This document shows, piece after piece, positions 30,470 through 40,669 of a DNA stretch of 64,000 bases; within the stretch, counting starts at the first letter, position 1; every line of letters begins with the position of its first letter. The DNA lies in the NCBI GenBank assembly GCA_963693055.1, contig OY843751.1, positions 3,808,001 through 3,872,000 on the forward strand, given 5' to 3'. The notes under the pieces were generated by a model. It saw only the letters and a list, made by a program, of their open reading frames with translations, made no database searches and was not told the origin of the DNA. The DNA is from a bacterium. GTDB taxonomy: Bacteria; Zhuqueibacterota; Zhuqueibacteria; Residuimicrobiales; Krinioviventaceae. Made by a program: the position numbers and the translations under genes.

Positions 30470-32068
30470 ATGAACTTTATAAAAAATAGTATTTTCATCC
30501 TGATTTTGATTTCTATTTCGAGTATTTCCGCACAAGAATCTGCTAAAGATTTTACCATTAAATATATCTCGAATGAAAACATTTATATTGATGGCGGCAG
30601 CATAGATGGACTTGCAGTTGGAGATACAATAATCGTAATGCGTAAAAACACTCGTATTGCGGTAATGACGATTAATTACACAGCAGATCATTCAGCGGCA
30701 TGTACAATTGTATCGCAAAGCATGCAAGTTCAACCGGGAGATTTGGCAAGGCCTTTGGTGCTTCGTCAGCAGGAAAAATTCGAAACCGTGTCTTCTCCAC
30801 TGAAAACAAGAAAAACCATACTACGCCAAAAGACCCAAACAAAACAGAATGATATGAAAATCAGGGGCAGCGTTTCTTTGCAATGGTACCATTTTGAAGA
30901 CATGTCTGAAGGAAATTTCAGTTTTGATCAACCGGGTGGACGATTGAATCTAAGAATGAAGAATGTGTTTACCAAAAACCTGAATTTCAGGATCAAAACC
31001 AAAAGCCGGTATAACAAACGGATGACGCATCTAAGCGGTACTACAGCCAGAAACGAATGGCGCAACCGCATTTATACCGTCAGTCTGAGTTTTGATGATG
31101 ATAATGCAGCAATAAATTATAAACTGGGACGTATTATCTCGAACAAATTCAGCGGCATTGGTTATATTGACGGTGCTTTAATACAACACAATACAACCGA
31201 AAATTTACGATACGGTGTTTTTGCCGGTACGCAACCCCAATGGCAGTATGCCGATTTCCAGACATCCATACAAAAATATGGCGCCTATATTAATTATTTA
31301 CAAGGCCAATATGGAGGCAAGCGGTTTGAATCTACCCTGGCCGCTGCCGGAGAATATCATGGTGCTGAGGTAAGCCGCGAATTTGTCTATCTGCAAAACA
31401 GCTTTTCTTCACAACAATTTAATCTCTATAGCAGTGCAGAACTCGATGTAAACCGTGACTGGCGCAAAGATAAAAGCGGCGAAAATATATCTCTTACCAA
31501 TCTTTATCTCAACTTTTCTTATGCTATTACCCGGAGCATTACAACAGGATTAAGTTTTGACGATCGGAAAAATTATTATACATACGAAATCCGTTCTGTT
31601 GCAGACAGCCTGTTTGATGATGCCATGCGTTATGGAGCTCGCTGGAATCTGAACCTCCGTTTGCCGGGCAACTATCGGGTGTATGCTAACGCGGGTATAC
31701 GTGCCAGAGAAACCGATACGGAAAACACATATTCCGGGGCATTGGGCGTCAGTAAAAACAATATTACTGATCACAACCTGTATGTAAATTTTTATGGATC
31801 AGGATTTCAAAATTATTTTTCAACAGGATTTAATGCATCTTTAAGAATGGGCAAATACTTTAGGGCTGGGCATAATGTAAACATGAGTTATGGTAACTAT
31901 TCGTATGTGTTGAGCACAACCAATACCACCCGTTCTAACCACTGGTTACGTTTAAACGGAAATTTACAGATTTTTAGACACATCTATCTCGATGAGAATT
32001 ACGAATATATCTGGGGATCGGACTCGCCAGGGCACCGGATATATATTGAAATGGGTTACCGGTTCTAG
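30470..32068 (+). CDS. Outer-membrane beta-barrel protein with N-terminal soluble domain (putative cytochrome-associated porin)
   Basis: Signal peptide, alternating aromatic beta-strands, terminal YIEMGYRF signature. Confidence 0.7.
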   Translation: MNFIKNSIFILILISISSISAQESAKDFTIKYISNENIYIDGGSIDGLAVGDTIIVMRKNTRIAVMTINYTADHSAACTIVSQSMQVQPGDLARPLVLRQQEKFETVSSPLKTRKTILRQKTQTKQNDMKIRGSVSLQWYHFEDMSEGNFSFDQPGGRLNLRMKNVFTKNLNFRIKTKSRYNKRMTHLSGTTARNEWRNRIYTVSLSFDDDNAAINYKLGRIISNKFSGIGYIDGALIQHNTTENLRYGVFAGTQPQWQYADFQTSIQKYGAYINYLQGQYGGKRFESTLAAAGEYHGAEVSREFVYLQNSFSSQQFNLYSSAELDVNRDWRKDKSGENISLTNLYLNFSYAITRSITTGLSFDDRKNYYTYEIRSVADSLFDDAMRYGARWNLNLRLPGNYRVYANAGIRARETDTENTYSGALGVSKNNITDHNLYVNFYGSGFQNYFSTGFNASLRMGKYFRAGHNVNMSYGNYSYVLSTTNTTRSNHWLRLNGNLQIFRHIYLDENYEYIWGSDSPGHRIYIEMGYRF

Positions 32069-32102
32069 TTTTTTACGTAGATTATTAATCAGGATGCACA
32101 CT

Positions 32103-33422
32103 ATGGAATCACTTTTTATATGGATAGCAGCAATACTTTTAATGGGGTTTGTCTTTATCCCTTATTTTATAAAATTCCGTAAGCAACAAAAAGCGGACTT
32201 TGACAGGCACCAGGAAGCGGTTTCTTTGGGAGCAGATAAACCCATAGCGCAATTCCCGCAAATTGATCTCATGCGATGCTTTGGATGCGGTTCTTGTGTA
32301 AGAGCATGCCCCGAAGGTGATGTGTTGGGCGTTGTTATGGGTAAATCCACTGTAATTAACGGATTGAAATGCGTGGGGCACGCGCGTTGCGCCGAAGCGT
32401 GCCCGGTCAATGCCATAACCGTAGGTTTGGGAGATATCAAACAGCGGGACGATATACCGGTGATGGATGAGTACAATGAAACATCCATTCCGGGGATTTT
32501 TATTGCCGGCGAACTGGGTGGATTGGCACTGATTAAAAACGCAATAGGCCAAGGTAAAAAAGTAGTCGACCGGATCGCTGCATCCATTTCAAAACGTGAT
32601 GATCTTTATGATGTAATCATTATCGGTGCGGGCCCGGCAGGCATCAGCGCCGCGCTAACAGCCATTCAGCACAAACTCTCGTATCTGGTCCTTGACCAGC
32701 AGGGATTTGGCGGTACCATTTTACAATATCCCCGCAAAAAAGTGGTCATGACCCATCCCGTAGAAATACCACTTTACGGCTGGTTAAATAACAGTGAATA
32801 TACCAAGGAAGAACTGCTTGCAATCTGGGATGACATTCATCAGCAGCACCATTTAAATATAAAAATTGGTGAAAAACTGGAAAAAGTAACAAAACAAGAC
32901 GATTTATTGAGTATCAAAACACAAAACAGCCTCTATAAAAGCCAAAGTTTAATATTGGCACTGGGACGCCGTGGCACTCCCAGAAAACTGGGTGTCCCCG
33001 GAGAAGAGTTGTCCAAAGTCATGTACAAACTGGTTGATGCCGAAAGCTTTCAAAACAATCACATTTTGGTTGTGGGTGGTGGTGACAGTGCGATTGAGGC
33101 TGCTGTAGGCCTTGCCATGCAGCCCGGCAATACCGTAACAATTTCTTATCGCAAATCTAAATTTTTCCGATTAAAAAAGAAAAACCAATACAATATTGAT
33201 GAGCTCGTTAATGACGGCAAAGTTAATATAATCTTTGATTCAAATGTAAAAGAAATTAATACAGATTCTGTACTCTTGCAAACGGATAAAGAAACGATGA
33301 AGCTTCCCAATGATTATATATTAATATTTGCCGGCGGCGAACCACCGTTCAAGCTGTTAAAAGATATGGGCATCACCTTTGGCGGCAGCGAAAAGACAGA
33401 GGTTTTGCAAGAGATTTCGTAA
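32103..33422 (+). CDS. Membrane-anchored 4Fe-4S ferredoxin + FAD/NAD(P)H TrxB/YpdA-like oxidoreductase
   Basis: N-terminal TM, CFGCGSCVRACP and CVGHARCAEACP, IIGAGPAG, VVGGGDSAIEAA; start placed at MESLF. Confidence 0.85.
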   Translation: MESLFIWIAAILLMGFVFIPYFIKFRKQQKADFDRHQEAVSLGADKPIAQFPQIDLMRCFGCGSCVRACPEGDVLGVVMGKSTVINGLKCVGHARCAEACPVNAITVGLGDIKQRDDIPVMDEYNETSIPGIFIAGELGGLALIKNAIGQGKKVVDRIAASISKRDDLYDVIIIGAGPAGISAALTAIQHKLSYLVLDQQGFGGTILQYPRKKVVMTHPVEIPLYGWLNNSEYTKEELLAIWDDIHQQHHLNIKIGEKLEKVTKQDDLLSIKTQNSLYKSQSLILALGRRGTPRKLGVPGEELSKVMYKLVDAESFQNNHILVVGGGDSAIEAAVGLAMQPGNTVTISYRKSKFFRLKKKNQYNIDELVNDGKVNIIFDSNVKEINTDSVLLQTDKETMKLPNDYILIFAGGEPPFKLLKDMGITFGGSEKTEVLQEIS

Positions 33423-34099
33423 ATGGAAAAAGTGAATTCAATATTATATCTTTGGGCTATTTGATAACCGTGCTTTTAGCTGACTCCCGGCCACTGATAA
33501 CTGATAACTTGAACCGGCCCTTTTGACACGCCAGTCCATCTTCCGGCCGCCAGGCTCCCCTACTCCATTCCTAACCACAAAAATAACAATAAAGCTTGGT
33601 AGCTTTTTTTATTTATCGTCCTATAGCATAGTTAGCTATCTGAATTGTAGCGATTATCCTGAAAAGCATTTATTTTTTCACTCTCTGGATATATTTTATT
33701 TTATACTTTGATTTTTACGAGTGTTGTTTACACAATGCCACAAAAGAGATAAAAAAAGGACACTATCTCGATAGAAATCCAATTCTACAATGTTCCTAAA
33801 ATTATTATTGATATAGTATTAAAACAGGGTTCTTTGACTATATTTGGTTTTTCGATGAAGTGCCGGAGCTTTGAGTGCAAAATTTTAGTATATCCATTAT
33901 CAAAACACATAGAGAATAGATATTGAATGGTGCTTATTCTGAAATTATCACTTTTTTATTCAGGAATAAAAAGTGTTATAAATAAAACCCGGTGTCTTAA
34001 CAATACATATTAGCTTTTTTTATACTCTCAAATTGTATAAATAAGTATATATTTAGTCAAAAGTGCAGATAATCGTATATAGGATCAAATATTTGAAAA

Positions 34100-34336
34100 T
34101 TAAAGAGATGCAGCTTTGGAATAAAATGTTACATTTCGAATATATTTGATCTCAATAGGAATATCCTGATAGTATTCATCAATCTGCGGATCTTTTTGAT
34201 ATGACGGATCCACATATACAACCAGAATAGGTTTACCAGCCTCGTTCCGGGATATACTTATCCCCTTGAAAAAACTATATTTTTCTAATTTATCTCTCAA
34301 GTGAACTTTGGCGGTGTTAATTTTAGTCATTTTCAT
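34100..34336 (-). CDS. Small protein resembling the N-terminal prodomain of the adjacent protease
   Basis: 78 aa, overlaps the protease stop by 14 nt; KGISISRNEAGKPILVVYV...IPIEIKYIRNVTF pattern. Confidence 0.65.
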   Translation of the reverse strand: MKMTKINTAKVHLRDKLEKYSFFKGISISRNEAGKPILVVYVDPSYQKDPQIDEYYQDIPIEIKYIRNVTFYSKAASL

Positions 34337-35438
34337 ACCATTTATAGGTTATGTTCGGATCATTTATTACGTTCTTTAATGTGTAACATAAACTTATTGG
34401 TTTATATTCACTTCCTTCAAAACCGGCTGTTTCTGCACCTGCAAATACTATACCGATAGCATAAAATTCACTATTATTTCGGTAAAAAACCAGACTACCA
34501 GAATCTCCAGCTTTGGAAAACGGTTCGTCAACTTTAATAGAATATACTTCAAAAATATCATTAAAGGAAAAGGTTTTTGTTTTATCATTTATATTATCCA
34601 TTTCAATTTTAATACCATCCATTGATGCTGATTTAACAGCCCCACGTGAATGACCAGTAGTTCTACCAAACTTTTCTACTTCTGTACCAATAACTACTGC
34701 TTCAGTATTGGGAGGATGGATATATTGCCCCTTAAAATCACCTTCAGGTATAACATTTCCTTTTATACGTATCTTACTTTTAAGCTTAGCAAAAGCTGCA
34801 TCATATTGCTTTGCATTTTCAGTACTCAAATGGTAATATTTTTCCAGATACCCAATAATATTATCCGAAGTACAACTGCTGTCAACACTGCCGGGATGAA
34901 ATATAGGATCACCTTCTTCTGCCGTATTGCACAATGCGAGAACGTGATTACAACTCAGTATCAATTTATTCTGGTTGTCAGGATCTATAAAAAAAGCGCC
35001 TAAAGTTCCGCTTCCGCCGTTACTATGCCCTATAGACAGTCCTATGGATAACGTCTTATTTTTCGTGCAAAACGGAGGATACCCGGTAAAGTTGTAATTT
35101 GATTGGCTTTTTGCAAGTTTCTCACATTCAGCAGGGCTGTCTGGTATTTTAATATTTCTTAATATTTTGATATTTACATCATCTTTTAATGTATCACGAA
35201 TTCTACAAGCCAATTCTGCTGCTTTACCGTTTTTTGATTTAACGCGTAATTCAAGCGAATAGTTTCCTGCTTTCTTTTTGGCATAGCCTACAGCTAACAT
35301 CCTTTGTGTAGAGTCTCTATAATCTTTAAAAAAATTTTGAAATTTTGGTTCAAGCTGTTTTACCTGATGAATTCCATTTAAATTTTTAATAATTTCTGAT
35401 TTAAGCAGTCTTACTTTTTCCAGTTCCAACCTTGCCAA
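34323..35438 (-). CDS. Cytoplasmic trypsin-like (S1, Nal1-like) serine protease
   Basis: GTLG, LSCNHVLA (His), YDAA (Asp), KFGRTTGHSRG, FSKAGDSGSLV (Ser), GIVFAG; no signal peptide; TTG start. Confidence 0.85.
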   Translation of the reverse strand: MARLELEKVRLLKSEIIKNLNGIHQVKQLEPKFQNFFKDYRDSTQRMLAVGYAKKKAGNYSLELRVKSKNGKAAELACRIRDTLKDDVNIKILRNIKIPDSPAECEKLAKSQSNYNFTGYPPFCTKNKTLSIGLSIGHSNGGSGTLGAFFIDPDNQNKLILSCNHVLALCNTAEEGDPIFHPGSVDSSCTSDNIIGYLEKYYHLSTENAKQYDAAFAKLKSKIRIKGNVIPEGDFKGQYIHPPNTEAVVIGTEVEKFGRTTGHSRGAVKSASMDGIKIEMDNINDKTKTFSFNDIFEVYSIKVDEPFSKAGDSGSLVFYRNNSEFYAIGIVFAGAETAGFEGSEYKPISLCYTLKNVINDPNITYKWYEND

Positions 35439-35910
35439 CCTTCCTGATTTTGTAGAATAATTGATTCAATAGCTCAAAAAATGTTGATATAATCAGAGCT
35501 ATAAAACTAAATAAAATCCGGTATTCATTGGATTCAAAAAAGGGGGCTCCATTTATTGCCAAACCCCATACTGCAAAAGCCAGGGTTGCAGCAAAAAGTT
35601 CCCACCAAGGGAAAACGGTACCCTCTGTTTTTTCAATTTTATACACAATAAGAACAAACAAAGGTGTACATGCTAAACAAAACCAATATATAATTGGCGC
35701 AAACAAAGGTATCTGACTCTTTAAGATGGGAATAAGAGACAAACCGGTTATATAAATTGTTATCGATTCAGTCGGTACATATTTTGTTAATGTGCCCAAA
35801 TCAATTTGGGGATTATTATTACTACCTGTTGTTGATTGAGCTCTATATCTGCTTGATGTTTTCTTACTACTTTCCCGCACCAAAGCGTATAAACTCATAA
35901 AACATCTCAT
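35401..35910 (-). CDS. Hypothetical 4-TM membrane protein
   Basis: LTKYVPTESITIY, CTPLFV, ATLAFAVWGLAINGAPF hydrophobic segments; overlaps the protease start by 38 nt. Confidence 0.75.
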   Translation of the reverse strand: MRCFMSLYALVRESSKKTSSRYRAQSTTGSNNNPQIDLGTLTKYVPTESITIYITGLSLIPILKSQIPLFAPIIYWFCLACTPLFVLIVYKIEKTEGTVFPWWELFAATLAFAVWGLAINGAPFFESNEYRILFSFIALIISTFFELLNQLFYKIRKVGKVGTGKSKTA

Positions 35911-36069
35911 TTTAATTGTTATTTGGAATAATTTATTAATATAACAATGAATTCAATAAAATCAAGATAATTGTGGTAAAAAATCTCAAAATAACTCAAT
36001 TTTGTTCTCATTATACACCCCAAACACAAAATGACAACCTTTTTTGCAAAACCTACTGGAAAATTCTCC

Positions 36070-38163
36070 TTATTTTAACAACAGACACTTTTGTGTTTTA
36101 TGAAAATTGTCTGCAGTCATTCTTATAAAATATATTCCGGAAGGATGTGCAGAAGCGCTCCACATTATATTATAAAATCCGGCAGGTGTCTCGCTATCAT
36201 AGATCGTTTCAACAAATTGTCCCTGGATATTATAAATTGTTATTTTTACGTCAGATAATTTTGGAACTGAAAAACGGATATGGGTCTCAGGATTGAATGG
36301 GTTCGGGTAATTGTTACCCAAAGCATATTCTGATGGAAAATTATCACTTTTCTCACTTACAGATACAATCACTTCAGGCAAAGGGCGTTTCCAAACCCCG
36401 CCATACTGAGTTCCAGCATAAAGAAATGTATCAGCTATTGTCAGAGATTGGACGCCTTGTCTAATAAATCCTGTACCGGTTGTAATATCCATCCAGGATT
36501 GCCCGAAATCCGTAGAAAGGAAAACACCTACAGGTGTTCCTGCAAAGAGATTTGTTCCTGATACTGCAAACGCATTAATATAATAGTCGGTTAATCCTTC
36601 ATTCACTTTGGTCCAGGTTTCACCCTTGTCATCAGAACGATATACACCCCCTCCATCATCCGTCCCGGCAAAAATATATGTTTTTAAAACTTTTAATGAT
36701 GTAATTTTTTTATCAAGTAAACCTGAATTCATTTCTAACCAGGTTTCTCCCTTGTCTGTTGTTAACAGTACCCCTCCTCCATCTGTACCCACAAAAAGAT
36801 GTGAATCCATAACAGCAAATGTGGTAACAAAATAATTTGTCATACCTGAACTTACGTTTTCCCAGGTATTACCATTATTCAAAGAAAGATGAACACCCGT
36901 GCCACTGGCTCCTGCAAATAGAATCGAATCCATGAATACTATGGATTGAATATCAGAAGACTTTAAACCTTTGTTCAAATTTTCCCATGTTGAACCATAA
37001 TTTGTTGATCGATAAATAAATCCCCCACTAGTCGCAGCAAACAGATTTGAATCCCTAACAACAAAGTCAGTAATTTTCATCCAATCCAGTCCTGTACTTG
37101 ATTCTTCCCAAAACGCTCCTTCATCGGAGGAGCGAAAGATGCCTCCGCCATCGGATCCGGCAAAAAGAAATGAATCAGTTGCAGTAAGGGCCTGCACGCT
37201 TGACATTTGCAAGCCCTGATTAACAGGTTGCCAGGAATTACCTTTATCAGTGGAAAGAAAAACACCTTTATTTTCAGTTCCGGCTAACAAATTGGTATCG
37301 ATAACAGCAAGTGCCTGAATTTTATCATACACTAATCCTGAATCCAGGGTTGTCCAGGAATCTCCATTATTCATCGACGACAAAATTTTCCCTCTGGCTG
37401 TACCGGCAAAAAGGGTAGAATCCATAATTACCATACACTCTACAGATGGTTTCATTGTCCCTGAATGCAATGCGTTCCAGGATGCACCATTGTCTGTGGA
37501 ACGAAAAACACCTTCCCATGTTCCTGCAAAAATTGTTGTATCAGAGATTGCAAAGCAACGTATATGATCAGCCCATATGCCATTGTTCGAATTTTCCCAG
37601 GAATTACCATTGTCCATTGACATAAAGATACCATTGCCGTGACTGCCAGCAAAAATAATAGTATCCAGAACTGCAATCGTATTAATCCGGGTATTGGTTA
37701 ATCCTGTATTCACCTCTTCCCAGGAATTCCCCTTATCCGTAGAACGAAAAATGCCCCCTCCATAGGTTCCTGCAAATAACATTGTATCATACACTGCAAG
37801 CGTACGAACATCGAGCTCAGTCAGTCCTGAGCTTGCAGGAATCCAGGATTCACCAAAATCCGGTAAAAAGTACACTCCATCACCATAGGTGCCTGCAAAA
37901 AGGAGGCTATCCATAAAAATAAGCGTATTCACAAACTGTATTTGATAATCAGGACTAGTCTTGCTCCAGGTTTTTGCGTTATTTGTAGACAGGAAAACAC
38001 CGTCACCATGAGTGCCGACAAAAATGTTTGTATCGGAAACAGCAAAGGCCATTACATCTCCACCAAAGGGTCCGTTTGTCTGCAGCCATTGAGAATAGCT
38101 GTTATTGATGAAAATTATAAAAAATGACAGAATGTAAAAAATTAAAATATATAATTTATGCAT
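36070..38163 (-). CDS. Secreted BNR/Asp-box beta-propeller repeat protein with T9SS-type C-terminal domain
   Basis: Many ~42-aa LFAGT.GGGIFRSTD.G.SW...N.GL repeats; NYPNPFNP...TQKCLLLK; start placed at MHKLY. Confidence 0.85.
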   Translation of the reverse strand: MHKLYILIFYILSFFIIFINNSYSQWLQTNGPFGGDVMAFAVSDTNIFVGTHGDGVFLSTNNAKTWSKTSPDYQIQFVNTLIFMDSLLFAGTYGDGVYFLPDFGESWIPASSGLTELDVRTLAVYDTMLFAGTYGGGIFRSTDKGNSWEEVNTGLTNTRINTIAVLDTIIFAGSHGNGIFMSMDNGNSWENSNNGIWADHIRCFAISDTTIFAGTWEGVFRSTDNGASWNALHSGTMKPSVECMVIMDSTLFAGTARGKILSSMNNGDSWTTLDSGLVYDKIQALAVIDTNLLAGTENKGVFLSTDKGNSWQPVNQGLQMSSVQALTATDSFLFAGSDGGGIFRSSDEGAFWEESSTGLDWMKITDFVVRDSNLFAATSGGFIYRSTNYGSTWENLNKGLKSSDIQSIVFMDSILFAGASGTGVHLSLNNGNTWENVSSGMTNYFVTTFAVMDSHLFVGTDGGGVLLTTDKGETWLEMNSGLLDKKITSLKVLKTYIFAGTDDGGGVYRSDDKGETWTKVNEGLTDYYINAFAVSGTNLFAGTPVGVFLSTDFGQSWMDITTGTGFIRQGVQSLTIADTFLYAGTQYGGVWKRPLPEVIVSVSEKSDNFPSEYALGNNYPNPFNPETHIRFSVPKLSDVKITIYNIQGQFVETIYDSETPAGFYNIMWSASAHPSGIYFIRMTADNFHKTQKCLLLK

Positions 38164-38318
38164 TAAAACACCCAACAAGTAAAAATTACTAAAACTTTTG
38201 TTGTATAATTACAACAAAAATATTCAAACCAGGTATTTCATATAATAAAAGATAAAAGGCAAGAGTTTGAATTCAAAGAATAATTATCAGGTTTAACCTG
38301 TGGATATGGGTGGGCATT

Positions 38319-38379
38319 AAACGCAAAAAGGCCCCGTTTCCGGCAGCCTCAAGATCTCATGATGTTGAATTGTCGAACC
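38319..38379 (-). repeat. Isolated degenerate copy of the tRNA-Glu-linked repeat unit
   Basis: AAACGCAAAAAGGCC (15-nt exact match to array units), GGCAGCCT, then GTCGAACC at near-identical spacing; hairpin retained. Confidence 0.75.
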
Positions 38380-38728
38380 TTTTTTATAAAGACTTTAAAC
38401 AACTACTTGATTTAACATGATTAAAGACAGAGATGTAACTAATCAGAAAAAAAAACGCTGAAAATGTTTTTCAATCAATATTTCATTAATCCAATTATTT
38501 TATCGATCAGTTCAAAAAAACTAGTATTTCTCCGGCCGAATACAAAAGCGCGAGTATTTTGGATTTCAAATTATATTCCGGAATTAATGTATATAATTTT
38601 TTGTATATTGATATATACCAAAGGGCTAAACACGAATTTTCACACTGGACGTCAATTTTGCATTGCAGGATTGTATTGCCGTTCGCGCCTGTTACCATTC
38701 ATGTTATATAGTTGAATCAAAAAATCTT

Positions 38729-39289
38729 ATGAAACTATACATTAAATACATGGTAAGCTTGCGATGCAAGATGATGGTAGAAGAAGAGTTGAAAAAACTT
38801 GGACTACATCACTCAAAAATTGAATTGGGTATGGTTGAAATTATAGAAAACCTATCTATAGAACAACGTGAGCAATTTAAAAAAAACTTGTCAAGATCAG
38901 GGCTTGAGCTGCTGGATGATAAAAAAAGTATCCTGATTGAAAAAATAAAAAATGTAATTATTGAAATGATTCATCATTCAAATGAATTACCCAAAATGAA
39001 TTATTCGGATTATATCAGTGAACAATTAGGCTATGATTATACTTATCTGGCAAACACATTTTCAGAGGTCAAGGGCATAACCATTCAGCAGTACATTATC
39101 AATCATAAAATCGAAAAGGTCAAAGAATTACTTTTATATGACGAGTTGAATCTTACGGAAATTTCCTATAAACTACATTATAGCAGTGTTGCCCATTTGT
39201 CCAATCAATTCAAAAAAGTAACGGGTCTATCTCCTTCCTTTTACAAACAATTGAAGCAAAAACGTAAGAAAAACCTGGAAAACATGTGA
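38729..39289 (+). CDS. AraC family transcriptional regulator (Bacteroidota-type)
   Basis: MKLYIKYMVSLRCK N-terminus; YDYTYLANTFSE...LNLTEISYKLHYSSVAHLSNQFKKVTGLSPS HTH. Confidence 0.9.
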   Translation: MKLYIKYMVSLRCKMMVEEELKKLGLHHSKIELGMVEIIENLSIEQREQFKKNLSRSGLELLDDKKSILIEKIKNVIIEMIHHSNELPKMNYSDYISEQLGYDYTYLANTFSEVKGITIQQYIINHKIEKVKELLLYDELNLTEISYKLHYSSVAHLSNQFKKVTGLSPSFYKQLKQKRKKNLENM

Positions 39290-39291
39290 TA

Positions 39292-39321
39292 TATGTAACA
39301 TTTAGCCATTTTTATGTAACA
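39292..39321 (+). promoter_or_regulatory. Putative AraC-type tandem operator
   Basis: TATGTAACA direct repeat at 39292 and 39313 (21-bp period) between the AraC gene and the DUF1611 operon. Confidence 0.5.
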
Positions 39322-39574
39322 CAATAACGGTTTGACAAGCCTACATTCCTATACAAGTATTTCTTGTTTATCTCAACAAAATCAGATTGTTTGGAACCTC
39401 TCGTATTGTTATGTGTTCCTGTTTTTATTTCTTTTACAATAACAGCTAATCTTGGGTTTATTAATCAATCCATATACCTTATCGCAACCCAACCACATGA
39501 AGCTACAAGTAAATACTGCAAAATACGTATATTCAATTATGAATACTGGTATTAACCTAATCAAAAGGTAACCA

Positions 39575-40669
39575 ATGAAAACAAAAGCGATTGTTTATAG
39601 TGAAAATGAATTCGGCAAGCTGGATGGTAAAGTTGCTAATGGACTGGCCAGACAATCAGAAAAATATGATATTCTTGGTATAATCGATAGTTCCAAAGCA
39701 GGGCTTGATGCCGGAGAGTATCTTGATGGAATAAAGAACGGAATTCCAATCTTTAAAAGTATTAAAGATTCGATTAAAAAGCTGGGGTTTGTTCCCGAAT
39801 CTTTAATTTATGGCATTGCCCCTCTCTCAACATTGCTTGATGATGACCAGAGGAATATATTATTTGACGCTATGAAAACAGGCATGAACATTATAAGCGG
39901 ACTGCCTGAATACTTTACTGATGATGAAGAATTTATACAGAAAGCGCAAAAATATAATGTAAAAATAGTCGATGTCAGAAAACCCCCGGCACGTAAAGAC
40001 TTGCATTTATTCTCTGGACGTATTATTAATGTCAATGTACCGGTCATTACTGTATTGGGCACAGATTGTGCCGTTGGCAAGAGGACTACCGCACTCAAAA
40101 TTGTTGAAGCCTTGAGACAAAATGGCTTAAATGCCTCATTTGTAACAACAGGTCAAACCGGTTTGCTTCAGGGATCAAAGTTTGGTATAGCAGTAGATGT
40201 TTTAACAACTGGATACTCTACCGGAGAAGTAGAAAATGCAGTTGTCAATGCTTATGAACAAGAAAATCCGGATATAATTGTCGTCGAAGGCCAGGGCTCT
40301 CTGGGGCATCCGGCATTTACCTCTTCAGTTGCAATTATAAGGGGATCTATGCCAAATGCAATTATACTTCAGCATCCGCCTAAAAGAAAAAAACGGTGCG
40401 ATTTTTCCAGCTTTAATATGCCCACACTTGAAAGTGAGATTGAACTCTTGCAAGTATTTTCTAAATCAAAAGTCATTGCCATTACAATCAATCATGAAGA
40501 CATGACTGACAGTGAAGTGAGTAATAAAATTAAAGAATATGAATATAGATTTGAAATCCCTGCAACTGATGTTTTAAAATTCGGATGTGATAAAATTGTT
40601 GAACAGTTATTTAACACTTTTCCGGAATTACAGGAAAGCGCACCGCTGGTATGTCAACTCCAAGATTAG
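39575..40669 (+). CDS. DUF1611 / DgcN-like (D-glutamate N-acetyltransferase-like) P-loop protein
   Basis: GTDCAVGKRTT, TGQTG, VEGQGSLGHP motifs. Confidence 0.85.
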   Translation: MKTKAIVYSENEFGKLDGKVANGLARQSEKYDILGIIDSSKAGLDAGEYLDGIKNGIPIFKSIKDSIKKLGFVPESLIYGIAPLSTLLDDDQRNILFDAMKTGMNIISGLPEYFTDDEEFIQKAQKYNVKIVDVRKPPARKDLHLFSGRIINVNVPVITVLGTDCAVGKRTTALKIVEALRQNGLNASFVTTGQTGLLQGSKFGIAVDVLTTGYSTGEVENAVVNAYEQENPDIIVVEGQGSLGHPAFTSSVAIIRGSMPNAIILQHPPKRKKRCDFSSFNMPTLESEIELLQVFSKSKVIAITINHEDMTDSEVSNKIKEYEYRFEIPATDVLKFGCDKIVEQLFNTFPELQESAPLVCQLQD

